Shown piece after piece: positions 11,301 to 24,513 of a DNA stretch of 64,000 nucleotides; the stretch's first letter is position 1, and every line of letters begins with the position of its first letter. Source of the DNA: Lytechinus pictus (Eukaryota); NCBI RefSeq assembly GCF_037042905.1, contig NC_087249.1, forward strand, positions 10,046,001-10,110,000, given 5' to 3'. The notes under the pieces are model-generated. The model was given only the letters and a program-made list of their open reading frames with translations, did no database searches and had not been told where the DNA came from. The translations under genes and the position numbers were made by a program.

Positions 11301-14300
11301 GTCATGGACGCTCGTAGACCATGATCCAAGAGACACGTTACTCGTGTCAGGATGTGTATAACCGTGCACATATTGTGAGTGCTTCTTACCAGATGTACAG
11401 TAGCACAAATGAAAATCGCACAGCAAGCTCAATGAAAGAGTTTCTTTCTTTCAGATGTTAGTGAATCAACCCTACCCTCCACCCCTCCTCTTTAGTAATA
11501 AATTGTCTCTTAATTAAAAATGATATCACATGTAAAAGTTTGAGTATCTGACAGGCAATGGTTTTTTTTTTTTTTTAAGTATTCTTATTTTTTGTGCTGA
11601 ATATAATGTGAACCATAATGGACAATGTTTTCATGACCATGGACTACGGACAATGTGTATATTGGCCCTGAGGGTCACTTTTTGAATAATTCTTTTCTTT
11701 TTCTTTCTGAAATTGATTGAACATCTGTCGATGTTCTCTAATTGTGGCTAATCTTCTTGTCATCATCATCTTTCCTCCTTGGTGAGAGTGCCTATGATAT
11801 AATCACTGCATGCCTAACTTTTATGCTAAATGTATCAATTTTATTTTATTTTTTGTATATTTAAAATCCTTTCCCCACCCGTACTTGCGATAAGAAGTGC
11901 CGAGAAATGTATCCATGCTGCCTGAACCATATGCCTCTTTGTAAACCCTGCCCTCATCTCACACTTTGATATTGCCTGTACCTTTTGAAATATTCTAATT
12001 GTTAACACCGTTATGAATTTGAAAAATATCAAGCCGTCATAATTTCGTATAGGTTTTTTGAGCACTCGTGCATTTGTAAAGGGACAGTTCCTTTGCATCT
12101 TTGTGTGCACAAAGCAATGAGCCTTCTCTGGCCATTAATACTACATTACTAGCCAGAATTCCGTACTTAGATGGGCATATGGGAAACCTAGAGCAAAATT
12201 TTCCATTCTGAGTGAATATCCTCGCAATGCAGGATAATGTTTTATAATTAAGAGAGTAAATCAACGAAATATATTTCATGCATGTCGAATATATCTACCT
12301 TCCTGTAAAAATATATGTACTTATATCCGTAAAATTTTGAATCGTTATCCTCAGTAAGGCTGATGTAACGTGTGTACAGAGAGGATTTTTGTTGTTGTTG
12401 TCGTCTTAACAAGATATGCATGAGATAATCTTATGATCCGTTATTGAACTAAAGCACAGTACTAATTCAGCCATTAGCTTGTTGAACTTTTTACATGATG
12501 TGGGTGGGGTTTTGTTCATTAGTTCACACTTGTAAGATTCAGTAACGATCAAGGTGTGTTTTTACCTCTGGTCGATTTTACCGTAGTGGCCGTTGATACT
12601 GTTTGCAACACCTTTAGCATGCTGCCTATTGGTGAATACTTCTCTTGTTTATAGATAATAGCTTGAGTCCACAATAGGGTTAATCTAGGGTACCCTCATC
12701 AACTTCATAGTCAATCTTACACATCAACAACTATAAAACTCAGTTGGTTGACCATTATTGTGGTCATCATTTGGTTAAATTCCTTTTTATTTTGCCAACT
12801 CTTAACGATCATTAGTAGTCTTATTACCTCTTTCTACAAACCTTTCCCACCGTATTGGTGTCCTAACTAGCTAGTCTGTTCACATTTAAAGTGTCTTCAG
12901 AAGTGGTGTTGGTACAAGCATGAATTGGAGAAAATGTGCCTGGATTAATGTGATATTTTCTGAAATTATAATGAAAGGGATTGATGTACTTACGCCAAAT
13001 GGTTATGGGATGAACTGGGTGCTGACAGGAATGCGGTCAAATCGTATGGGGCGAGACCCAAAAGAACGATTCACAATGCGGGGTTAGGATAAGTGTGTAT
13101 CCGGATGTGATGGGATCAGATAGTCCTTATCCTGTTTTTTTTTAAATAATTCTTTACCCTATCCCCCAGCATGTGTCTCATTGCATAGATAGAGCTTAAA
13201 CCTGACAAAACATTGAACAACCACAATAAACAAGAATTGATCAATTTCATAATTATTTTTTTGTTAATCCACCAGTATGCCAGTTGTACCATGTTTTTAT
13301 GTCAATTGTTTTTAGGGTTAGGGTACTGTTTTAAAGGCTATAATGATAATGTGTGAACTATTTGAATACTTGAATTATGATATCTTGATATTTGCAGCCT
13401 GATCAATCTTTTCTATTTTGAAATTAATACCTTGTTGTATACAATGCCAAATTATTATTTGTTTGAGGGAAGTGTAGGTTTGCTATGACATTGTGAATAG
13501 TTTTTAAAAATCACCTTAAAAAAAATTTATTCAAAAGAATCTTGCTAGTCGCTGATAATTTTTTTTTTTAAATCAAAAGGGATGAAGAGAGGCAAAATGA
13601 CTTGCTCAGAAGTGTGTATTAGAAAACTTAAATTCACTTTGCAGGAAAATGGTACCTTTTATAAGTCACCAGATCTGAACAGTGAATCAAAATTATTGTA
13701 ATTTTCAAAAAGAGGCTATATTTTCCGGTAACTGTATTTTTGTATCAATGTATCTGAGATCTACAGGTTAAGCCATATTCTGATTATCTGAATGGCCTCG
13801 AGTTAATGTTGATATTACCCTTGGGTTTTGAACTTCAGACGCCGTCACGTAGAATAAGGTATCAAAACCGCTCTGCCTTATTTTCTCCGTACGATTACAA
13901 TTTGAGCACATTCCATTTTTACCCAAAACATATTCTGTGTCTTTGTGCCAACGAAGCCATACCTTTCAATGTTGAGGTGAGGGGGGGGGGGGGCTGATAA
14001 CATTAATTGAGTTACCGATAGATGTATCAGTTTGTCTTCAGTGAGCTACCTAGGATTTGTAGGCAAATTTGAAAATTATTTTTAAGCTTATCTTGAACAA
14101 ATTGAATAGTGAAATGTAAATCCATTCAGATAGGAAACAGAAGGATAGTGACGTACAGTGAAATTTCCAATAACATTTTTCCATATTTGACAGTATTAAG
14201 TCACTTTCCGGTGAGGCATATTGGTTAAGGATTTGTTGTATATCTTGAATATATATGTTGATATCTGTTGAAAATATTTCTGACAAAGATTCTAGATTCT

Positions 14301-15600
14301 ATTCTCTTTCTTTTTTTTTTCCAGAAAGACAAAGATTACTGTACAGATTATCTGGCATTTATTGTTGTAATTTCCAGTCTCGGACCATTCCAAGTCAATG
14401 GTATCTGTAAAGGTGCTTTAGATATCGGTGTGAAGGCGCTTTCCTCTTGATTTTCTGAAATGGCATGGTCTATAATTCTCCTGTTTCTATTTGAATTTTT
14501 CTTGTATGTGTGTGTGTGTGCGTATGTTGAAACCATCCGAGATTTGTTGATTTCCTTAATTGCAACGTTAATTGATTGGTCATCGATGTTATATGATGAA
14601 TTTTACGGTAAAGAAAATAACCATTTGCCATTGAAATCTCAATATTCTTTGTAATTGAATGAATTTGAGGAAATTGTGACTTTGATTTGTGATCCTCAAG
14701 TTGGCAGCTCTTTTACACTAGTGTACTGATTTATTGCCTTAAACTTGATGCCAACTTTTTTCTTCAGCAAATGAAATGCTTTTGAAGTAACTAACGTTAT
14801 GCATGAAAAGAAGAATGATGATAACTGAATATTAAAGTTGTCTGATATTTTACTTCTGGTACCTCGAGGCAAAGTTGAGTGAAAAATATTTGACAATAAG
14901 AATTGATTTCTTCTGTGTGATAAATGTAAGAGGCTATATGAGACTATGAGTATCAGAAATAATGTATTAATAATTTCAATATTGTATCAGAATTTTGTTG
15001 ATCTATTGATTATCACTTTATTGAATTGTAAAAGTGATAAGCAAAGACTTTACGTTTCCATTGTTGAATTCCAAGGTGCAAACACACTTCATTGTTTAAC
15101 CCTAATTTTTTTTATGTGCTACTTTTATGTAACCTTTGACCTTGCAATACAAAATTGTGTGACAGAAACTCTATATCAATATTTATACTTCGAAATGCAT
15201 GCACATAATATGTTTCGACCTACTATTGCTGTAATGTTTGTGTGCAAGGCGAGATATGTGGTTTGGGGACTTCAAGTTCGAATAATAATGATTTTGTATG
15301 ATTTGATATCAAGTACATGTATGAATAGTATCACTGCTTTACAGAACTATTTTATTGTATGGAATCGATCATTTTGTTTCTGTAAATAGTCAATTGAAAT
15401 GATAAAAAACGCAAAGCTTGCAACCTTTTTTTTATGTTGGCTTAATGAAAGCATGTGGGCAAATTTTGTTTTGTAGAGATTAAGGTCACAATGAGATCTC
15501 AATATTCATCTTCTACAATGTTTTACCCTGATAAAATATCAGCTAAGAAAATCTAAATATGCAACATCTACATCCTTATGCCTCGGAGCATGAGAGATTC

Positions 15601-15731
15601 GGGGCCCATGACACAAAGCTTAGCAATCATCTTAAGACTTCATTTTACGATTGATTGCATTGACTATAATGTACAATTAATTGTAAAAATTAAGCGTACG
15701 ATTGATTGCAAACCTTTTTGTTACAGGACCC
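15601..15731. mobile_element. Short palindromic MITE
   Basis: gggcccatgacacaaagcttagcaatc ... gattgcaaacctttttgttacaggaccc. Confidence 0.6.
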
Positions 15732-15936
15732 TGGTCTGTAAATAATGTGAGAAGGTTCTTGAGTGGGTGCTTTGGGGTGTTTCATGGAAAAAAACTGAAG
15801 ATTGTTTCAAAATGCACAAAACTATGGCAGGCCAGGCAATCCACTCCACTTGTCCATGTAACTTTGGAGAATTTTTGTTCAACATGGTTGAAGACTTCTT
15901 TTGGTCCACATGATTTGGTAGTCTGGCAACCCCCCT

Positions 15937-16062
15937 AAAACAATAAATAGATATATAAGTGAATGAATACCGGTAAACAAATGAATAAACAAATAAATAA
16001 GGAAATAAATAAATAAATGTATGAACAAAATAAATAAATGAAATGAAATAATAACAACAATA
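15937..16062. repeat. (AAAT)n degenerate microsatellite
   Basis: Direct inspection. Confidence 0.75.
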
Positions 16063-18529
16063 ATTTTGCTAAGCTTATAGTGCCATGCCAGAAGCCTTGA
16101 TAATGAAATTGAGAAGAAAAAAAATGACTGGAATAGCTTGCCATAGCCATATGTGATTGAGTGATTGAAATAAATCCTATGTCTTTGTGAAACACCTTAG
16201 AATCAAATGAAAATACGGGTTACTGTACATGCTGAAGAAGAACATGTATGGAAAAGAAAATAAGTGTAAATGAAACAACATGAGAAACACACTATGCAGA
16301 GTTGTATGAAAATAGATATCTTGTACATTGTAACATCTTTATGCCATGCGTACCATGTTTCAAGGGATATAAAACACAGCCACTGAACATGAACTGCTTA
16401 CAAATAGATTTAATCCAGCTTGTCTCTGAATATCATTTCAGATCGTTTTCGGAGGATAATCTTTTCTGTTCGCACTCTTATTCCTTGCTTTCGTATCTGT
16501 TGAATAAAAAATACTCATTTGTCACTTTTCAATGATCTTGCCTGGTTCGAGCTCTCACTTTTCTATCAGCTAAATTTCAAACGAGTCTTTTTTATAAAAA
16601 CCTTATGTTAAAATGACTGTTTAATACATTCAAAGATTACAGTTTTTCTTGATCTTTGCAAAGAAGATATGCAGCAGTTTTATTTTTGATGGCCAGTAAA
16701 TATTTCAAAAAGAAAATAAGAGAGCATGCATTTTTATAAATGAATACAGGTATGACAAATAACATTGACATATGTCTGGGCTTTTCCCCCTTTGCTTTTT
16801 ACTTTCAATTAGATTATATAATTTCCTTTGCGCTTCCTTTTTAGATATAGATGTATGTATGTGTTTGTAATTGTATTCATTTACAAAACAGCAAGAGTAT
16901 TAAGTAACAAATAACTACTTTTTGCAACAAAGAGGTTGCGTTTGAAGTAGTTTTTCTAATTGGAGAGAAATCTGTAACGATATGTCAGAGCAAATTGTTT
17001 GGAGTATGTCCATAGTACTAAACTGCAAGTATGCAGTACGATGTGTAGAGGTAATAATCAGTTATTATGTAGTCCCATCATCCCCTGTTTTCTTCATGCT
17101 TTCATTTTTGGTTAAGTCTCATTTATTTCATGTTTCTCTACAATTTTTTTTTTTGGCAACAGAGATCGAGATCTAATGTATTTTTCCTTACTCATTTGAA
17201 AGGAGTTTTATTCATATTTTTATTCTTATTCTAGTACTTTCAGTGGGGTATGTACCATTTTTTGAGCTGAAAGTCGGTGAATAAAAGACATAAAATATTT
17301 CTGCTTGTTTTGCTTTGATTCATTAATACACTGACAAAAAAGTATTACGGGAATAAGCAGTAAAATAATTTTGATAGTAGAAATGTATTGTACGCATAAT
17401 ATTTTGAGAAAATTCAGTGAAAGTCCCTCTTGAAATGCATGTTTAGTACGACCAGAGTAGAATGGAGATTTTTCTTTTCAATCTTCATTTTTTTTGTTCT
17501 TTAGATATTATGAACACGTACTCGCTTCATTATTTAGGCGTAAGAATTAAATTTTTGGTTCTTAGAGGGATTTATCGTTGTATTTGTGACCTCGACTGCT
17601 CCCAAGTCATTTTTTCCCCTTCCCTTTCTTTTCTTGGGTCTTTGTGATGACTGAATTATATTTGTGATGGCCGTCAATGAACTCTTCAATAAATATGAGC
17701 ATTGAAAAATAAATTTGACTTGTCCAGTGAGTACTTTTGTGTTAACCCTGTATTCCAGTTTGAGGGAGAGTGATATTGGCCCGAATGCATGCAGGTGGTT
17801 TTGAAAACCAACCCATGGTTTTATGGAGATTTCCTTTATAAATGATGCTTGAATACCGCATATGGTAAAAAAAAAGTCCAATGCTGATGCACGCTTTTGT
17901 CACAGTGCACCAAATTGACGCCTTTTGTCATGGTTGAGTATGCTATTTTATTCATGAGTCCACTGGCTTGAGCAGTGGACTCATGAATTCAATACTTGGT
18001 AGCACCACTTTCCATTGTTCCGACTCAGTCATGTGTGCATTGTGAACGTAGGGCTTCAAATGAAAGAGGGGAAGCATATCTTGTCATTGATGTACATCTC
18101 ATGAAGCAAATTTATGATTATGATGGCAAGAAATACTGAATTAAGGTTTCCTTTTTTTCTGGGATGCACTTTATATCGTATTTCCTTAACATGATCGCTA
18201 CACAGTACAATCGATGCCAGCATACAGGTATCATGATGCATTTCAAAGACAAGAGGGTTTTAAGTGCATAGTACTATTTTTCAAGACCACTTTCAAGTTC
18301 AAATTATTCAGGAGTTAAAGTGAATTTCTTATTGTAACAAGAAATCCACTTGAATCCACATTTATGTTTGGGTGAAAATCCAGCTCAAGGTCTTATTTTT
18401 TTTTTAAATTGAAGACTATATCATATCCCATCTTGCACGATTTTTTTTTTTTGGGGGGGGGGATGGCAGGATTTGAACTGATTTTTTTAAATCTGATCAA
18501 AAGCTTGTGCTGACAGATTGAGTGACATT

Positions 18530-18807
18530 AATGATAATAATAGCTAGCTAGCTGGATAATAAAGCGCTTTTTGCTAGAGGATACAAAGTGCTGCTATTAT
18601 TACCCCGGTTTTAGCTGAAGCTACCATCACCGGCGCTCAGTGCATGCAAGGAATTACTCCTGCCGGGTACCCATTCACCTCACCTGGGTCAAGTGCAGCA
18701 CAGTGGATAAATTTCTTGCTGAAGGAAAATACGCCATGGCTACGATTCGAACCCACGACCCTCTGTTTCAAGGGCAAGAGTCAGAACCACTAGACCACGA
18801 CGCACCC
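18530..18807 (-). mobile_element. tRNA-derived SINE, full length
   Basis: The reverse complement begins gggtgcgtcgtggtctagtgg (A-box) and has B-box GGTTCGAATC, with the same core and tail as 4112-4397. Confidence 0.9.
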
Positions 18808-19760
18808 TTGGGTCAGATGCGTAAAAAGTAGCAATTGCTTTTGCTAGTAAGTTCAAGCAGTCACTATCTGACTGCTTGCTCATGTGGATTAAGCTATTGC
18901 TAAAAGTGTATGCATAAAGTGAACATTTCGCTTATGCGTTTAAGCGCTTGCTTGGGTTTTTTCAAGCTCCGTCGGAGCCGGCGTCGGAGCATCTTGAGCG
19001 TTTGCTTGATCAGGTGTTCACGTTTTTTAATCATGTTTTTGCACCTGAGAGAGAGCCCCTAAGTGTACTGTACAGTATACATGTTTTCTTCCTAGTAAGT
19101 GCAAACCAAAAGCCAAATATATAAATTTATCAAAGAGAAACAAGTTAGTTTGACACCATGTCAAAGGAAAAGATGTTATATGACAGAAGCATTAATTTGC
19201 ACTGACAGACCTACACCATTGAAATGTTATTGTAAGGTAGCTATTTGAAAAGTCTGACTGTTAAGAGGATACTAATAGGCTGTTAATATTTTATGTTTAT
19301 TCATTCAAATTTTCATACAGAAATTACCCCTGATGTCAAAATAAGGCATATCGCAGACTCCAAAACTGGGGCGCATGGTAGGCCTATACGGTAGTGGATC
19401 CTATTACTGAACACTGGCATATCAAACGTATATTTCTCATGAAATTCACCAAACTTTCACCATAAATATACAAATACACAAATACCTACAAAAAATTAAT
19501 TTGTAAAAATTTTGCAGAAATCGTTTTTCTTTTTTTTACGATATCCACTTCCAAACGGACCCCGCTTCGCGTGGGAAATATTTTGGTCACTTGAATAAGG
19601 TATCGTATTACCGAAAATGTGTTTTCTATGGGAAAAGTTGAGAAAACAACAAAATCACGGATGAGCTACTTTGTTTTTTTTTTTTAGTTCATAAAGACTT
19701 TGAAAATGTGTTTTTGACCATTTTTCATCATCTTTCTATTCAAGTTCCCTTTGAAAGGAT

Positions 19761-19910
19761 CACTAGCGAACCTACGGGGGGGGGGGGCACTCTGCCCCCC
19801 CTGACGAGTCACAACCCATGCAAAAACGTATCTTTGCCCCCCCTGACGGGCTTGAAAAACCTTTTTTGCCCCCCCTGACGAGCTTTAAGACCTTCAATGC
19901 CCCCCTGACG

Positions 19911-19950
<40 letters not shown>

Positions 19951-20010
19951 TGTCAATTTTTTTGGTGGACGGTTTTGCCCCCCCTGTGAAAAATCCTAGG
20001 TACGCCACTG
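19761..20010. mobile_element. hAT-like MITE
   Basis: Perfect 8-bp TSD GAAAGGAT (19753-19760 / 20011-20018), imperfect TIR cactagcgaaccta / taggtacgccactg, and internal gccccccctgacg repeats. Confidence 0.88.
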
Positions 20011-20547
20011 GAAAGGATGTTGCGTGTTTGATTTTACAAGGCCGTTCGGTAATACAATGACAATAGGGGGAATTATTTTCAGGTGGGGTACGGTGTCAGT
20101 GCTGTGCGTAACAGTATCCTGTAAAGTTGTTCAACTGATAAACTATAATGTTTATTCAGTTAGAGGGCGCACTCATACTTTCTTGATAAAATGCCCTTCC
20201 TAATTTAACCTACAAATCTCTCTTTAAAAACTCAGTCAACAGCTTGAAACATGTTGGCAGCGGTCGGATTTTGAGTGGTTTCGGCATGCCGTGGTTTCTA
20301 TTCCTGCGGAAAGAATGGTGATGTGACTAAATTTTTGCTTTGAAATTGAATTGGTGCATCTCCAGAGACAAGATTGATGATTTCAGCCCACTTCTTAATC
20401 TTAGCCCCACACATGTAAGTCTGTGTTAGTTAATTTTCTAACGTTACTTGTATTTTAAAACGTGCATGCCATTGTTACACTAAAACAGGAATAGTGTAGC
20501 TATTACACCCGATTCTCTCTCTCTCTCTCTCTTGTATCCTTCCTCCA

Positions 20548-20668
20548 TTAAAGGGAAATGAAACCTTTGGAACAAATCAAATGGGCTTGTGTGGAAACAG
20601 AAAAATCAAAGAAGAATAAGATAAGATCAGATAAAATTTGAGAGAATCGGACAATTGACAAATGAGAT
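20548..20668. mobile_element. One end of a TTAA-flanked (Kolobok-like) MITE
   Basis: ttaa-agggaaatgaaacctttggaacaa... matches the ends of 52426-53025. Confidence 0.65.
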
Positions 20669-23430
20669 GAGTCTGGAGACTCGCTTTCAGTCAGAGAGAG
20701 AGAGATGTGGATATGAATAACCTGGAGGCTTCTGGGGAGTAAAAGTCATCTACTATACGTAGGCTTACTCCCATGAAGCCTGACATGGCAAAGCATAGGC
20801 CCACACTAAGGAGAGTATTTGGAGACAACAATGTTGCTCCAAAATACTTGATTTGTTTAACTTGCTTATCACACAATTTTGTAAATGGAAAAGAAGTTCA
20901 TTTCCCCCCATTAGGCACTTATAACGTTTATTTTACACTAATAATTATACAAATATTAAGAAAAATCATGTAAGAAGGAAGAGAGGGCGCCATCGCCACC
21001 ATCGGACGTAACTTCTGGGAGCTCCGGCCTAAAGTTGTAAATATTCACTTAAATCTTGTCAATCCTGTTATCTTTGTATATTCTGTTGACATATATTCAA
21101 ATTTAATGATTAATTCTATGCTCTGTTGTATATATTTTTAGTCATGTCTTGCTAAAAAGTAGGAAATAAGGGCCTCCCCTCGACCACTAAAACACCAATA
21201 GCAAACCCATGTAGAACTGTGTGTATTGCGTATGTATGTGTATGGAAAACCAGTAGTATGGCGTTGCGAACTGTACAGTCACCCTATCCATCTATTTGTC
21301 TGCAGTTTATTGTAGCTGTTGCTTTTCTATATGCATCCTACTAACCTAACCCCAAGAACTGTAAGATATATGAACCTACAACTCTCACTTCAGTGTCTGT
21401 CATTGTAAATCATGGGAAGCTGAGCAGGCTGATGTCAATGTCGATAGATATCTCTTCTTCACAAATACGACATCGTAAACATCTCTGTTTGACAACAATA
21501 TTACTATTACTGGCAGGGGACATTCAAACTAATCCAGGGCCGAAGACAACTCCGGTGTACCCTTGTGGATTCTGTGAACGCCCAGTTACGTGGTCCCAGC
21601 TTGCTGTCTGTTGTTGTATGGTACCACAAGTCCTGTGAAGGATTAAATACGCAGGATATGTCACATCTGGGACATGATAGTGTGGTGTGGCATTGTTATA
21701 AATGTGATAGCATCAATGTGGACAACTTTACATTCAACCACTTCTAGCTTGAAACATCAAACACTTTTTACCTGCTCTCGCCAGCTGCAAAAAAGTTCTG
21801 TGATATCATTTTCATCTGATGACCTAGATAAGCTTTACCCAGTCAACGAGAGCAGTCCAAAGTTGCCTAAAGGCAAAAGAAGAGGGAAATGGAACTCCAT
21901 TGCAAAATGTACGCGTAGCACATCGTCCTCGACATCGCAAGAATCTAGTCATAGCTCTCCGATTCATCCCAAAATGACTAACTTGAGAGTGCTTACTGTA
22001 AACTGTTGCAGCATCAGGAGTAATCGATCGGAATTCACCGCAGCCATGGATTATGTGAAACCAGACATCATCTGCGGCACCGAATCATGGCAAAAGTGGC
22101 ATTAAGCCAGGGAAAGATCCGACGGATGATGCAATAAAGTCCAGTGAAGTCTTCCCGGACTCCCACTTTTTCCAAAGGAATGATCGTGAAACTGCGGAGG
22201 AGGAGTCTTTGTTGGCATCAACAGGACTATGACATCTGATTGTAGACCTGACCTAATCACTGATTGCGAAATCATGTGGACTAAAGTAAAACTCCAAGGA
22301 GGTGCGAATAGGGATTTATATTGTGGTTCATTCTACATGCCTCATCGTGATCTACGACACTTGAATCAGCTGCATGCTTCCCTGGGTCGGGTACTTAACT
22401 CAAGAACAGGGAACATATTATTCTTGCAGGGGACTTTAATTGCCCCGACATAGACTGGGACAATCTTTGTGTTCGACAAGGAGCATCCGATAGAGATGTA
22501 CAGCAGGCGTTGATTGATATCTCTGTGGAATATAGCCTTACTCAAGTCCACAACCAACCCACTAGACAAGACAATATATTGGATTTGATCTTTACAAATA
22601 ACCCTTCTGTGGTCAAGTCTTCTAGTATTCCTGGTATTAGTGATCATGCCATGGTGGTTACTGATTTTGACATCCTACCAAGCATCACTAAATACCACAA
22701 GAGAAAGTTTTTCTTGTTCAAAAAGGCAGACTGGAACGGAATAAGAGAAGAGATGTCAAAATTATCTGATGAAATTTCTCGTCAAGTAGAGTTAGACGGC
22801 AATATCCACGATATCTGGACTCTCTTCAAAACATCCCTCATGAAAGTGGTCGACAAAAACATACCATCGAAGATGAGGAGTGGAAGGAAATCTCTTCCAT
22901 GGTTCTGCCACTCGTTGAAACGCATGGTAAAAAGGAAGGCTAGACTCTATAAGAAGGCTAAAGATCCCAGAAGGACTTCCAACAAAGCTGAAGATTGGGA
23001 GAAGTATAAGCGTTTCCAGCGTACTTGTAAGAAGGCCTTTAATAAGGCAGAGGAGGAGCATGTAACATCATCAATTGTTCAAGGCCTTGAAGAAAATAAC
23101 CCTAAACCATTTTGGCACTATATAGCATCAAAACGCCAAGACAGAACAGGGCTACCCCCACTCAAGAATGCTGGAAACCTTATCCATGAAAGTAAAGCCA
23201 AGGCTCAGTTGTTGGTTAAGGAATTCAAATCTGTATTTTCAAGAGGACTTTATGCTCCACCTGAATTGAATAATCCATGCAGAAGAAAGATCGCTCCACT
23301 GCACATCACCGTGAATGGAGTTGAGAAGTTACTATCAAGGATAAATGCTTCCAAATCGTCGGGTCCTGATCTCATCCCAAACACCCTACTAAAAGAATGT
23401 GCAAGGGAACTGGCTCCAGGCTTGCGAGAT

Positions 23431-24513
23431 TTTTGTCTCGCCTGCATAGCAGAGCGAGACTATAGGCGCCGCTTTTCCGACGGCGGCGGCGTCAACATCA
23501 AATCTTAACCTAAGGTTAAGTTTTTGAAATGACATCATAACTTAGAAAGTATATGGACCTAGTTCATGAAACTTGGACATAAGGTTAATCAAGTATTACT
23601 GAACATCCTGCTAGAGTTTCAGGTCACATGACTAAGGTCAAAGGTCATTTAGGGTCAATGAACTTTGGTCAAGTTGGGGGTATTTGTTGAATTACTATCA
23701 TAACTTTGAAAATTTATGGATCTAGTTCATGAAACTTGGACATAAGGTTAATCAAGTATTAGTGAACATCCTGCCTGAGTTTCAGGTCACATGGCCAAGG
23801 TCAAAGGTCATTTAGGGTCAATGAACTTTGGCCAAGTTGGGGGTATTTGTTGAATTACCTTCATAACTTTGAAAATTTATGGATCTAGTTCATGAAACTT
23901 GGACATTAGGTTAATCAAGTACCACTGAATATCCTGTGCAAGTTTCAGGTCACATGACCATGGTCAATGGTCATTTAAGGTCAATGAACTTTAGTTGGTT
24001 GGGAGTCTTTGTTAAATTACCATCCTAACTCTGAAGTTTTATGGATCTAGTTTATAAAACTTGGACATGAGAGTAATCGAGTATCACTGAACATCCTGTA
24101 CGAGTTTCACATGACCATGGTCAAAGGTCATTTAAGGTCAATGAACTTTGGCCGTGTTGGGGGTATTTGTTGAATTACCATCCTAACTCTGAAGTTTATG
24201 GATCTATTTCATAAAACTTGGGATATAAGAGTAATCAAGTATCACTAAACACCCCCTGTGAGTTTCAGGTCACAAAACCAAGGTCAAAGGTCAGTTAAGG
24301 TCAATAAACTTAGGCCATGTTGGGGTAATTGTTGAATTGCCATCATAACTTTGAAAGTTTATGGATAGAGTGAATGAAGTGTGGACATGGGTGTATTTGA
24401 CCATATGAATGGTGTTTTTGTGAATGATTATTTTATAGTAGTTTTCAAAGTTAGCACTGCTGCTATATTAAATTGCGTAATGCAGGCGAGACTGCCAGAG
24501 GCGTTCCACTTGT
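23431..24513 (+). mobile_element. Non-autonomous Helentron-associated element (HINE/DINE-1-like) with ~5 internal 163-bp tandem repeats
   Basis: 13-bp subterminal inverted repeat GTCTCGCCTGCAT (23435-23447 / 24480-24492), a 5' hairpin partner (gcgagac), a CACTTGT end and insertion in a T-run without TSD. The repeat marker CATGAAAC falls at 23565, 23728 and 23891. Confidence 0.85.

Larger units (their letters stand above)
6882..17310 (+). other. Putative long 3' UTR of ELL (end uncertain)
   Basis: T-rich, with almost no recognisable TE between ~8.35 and 15.6 kb. AATAAA at 17280-17285 is followed by a GT/T-rich tract. Several earlier AATAAA sites also exist. Confidence 0.4.

Noticed and set aside
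11139..11432. ORFs on both strands in the putative UTR
   Set aside because: Non-ATG starts, no recognisable motif, and length within chance expectation.
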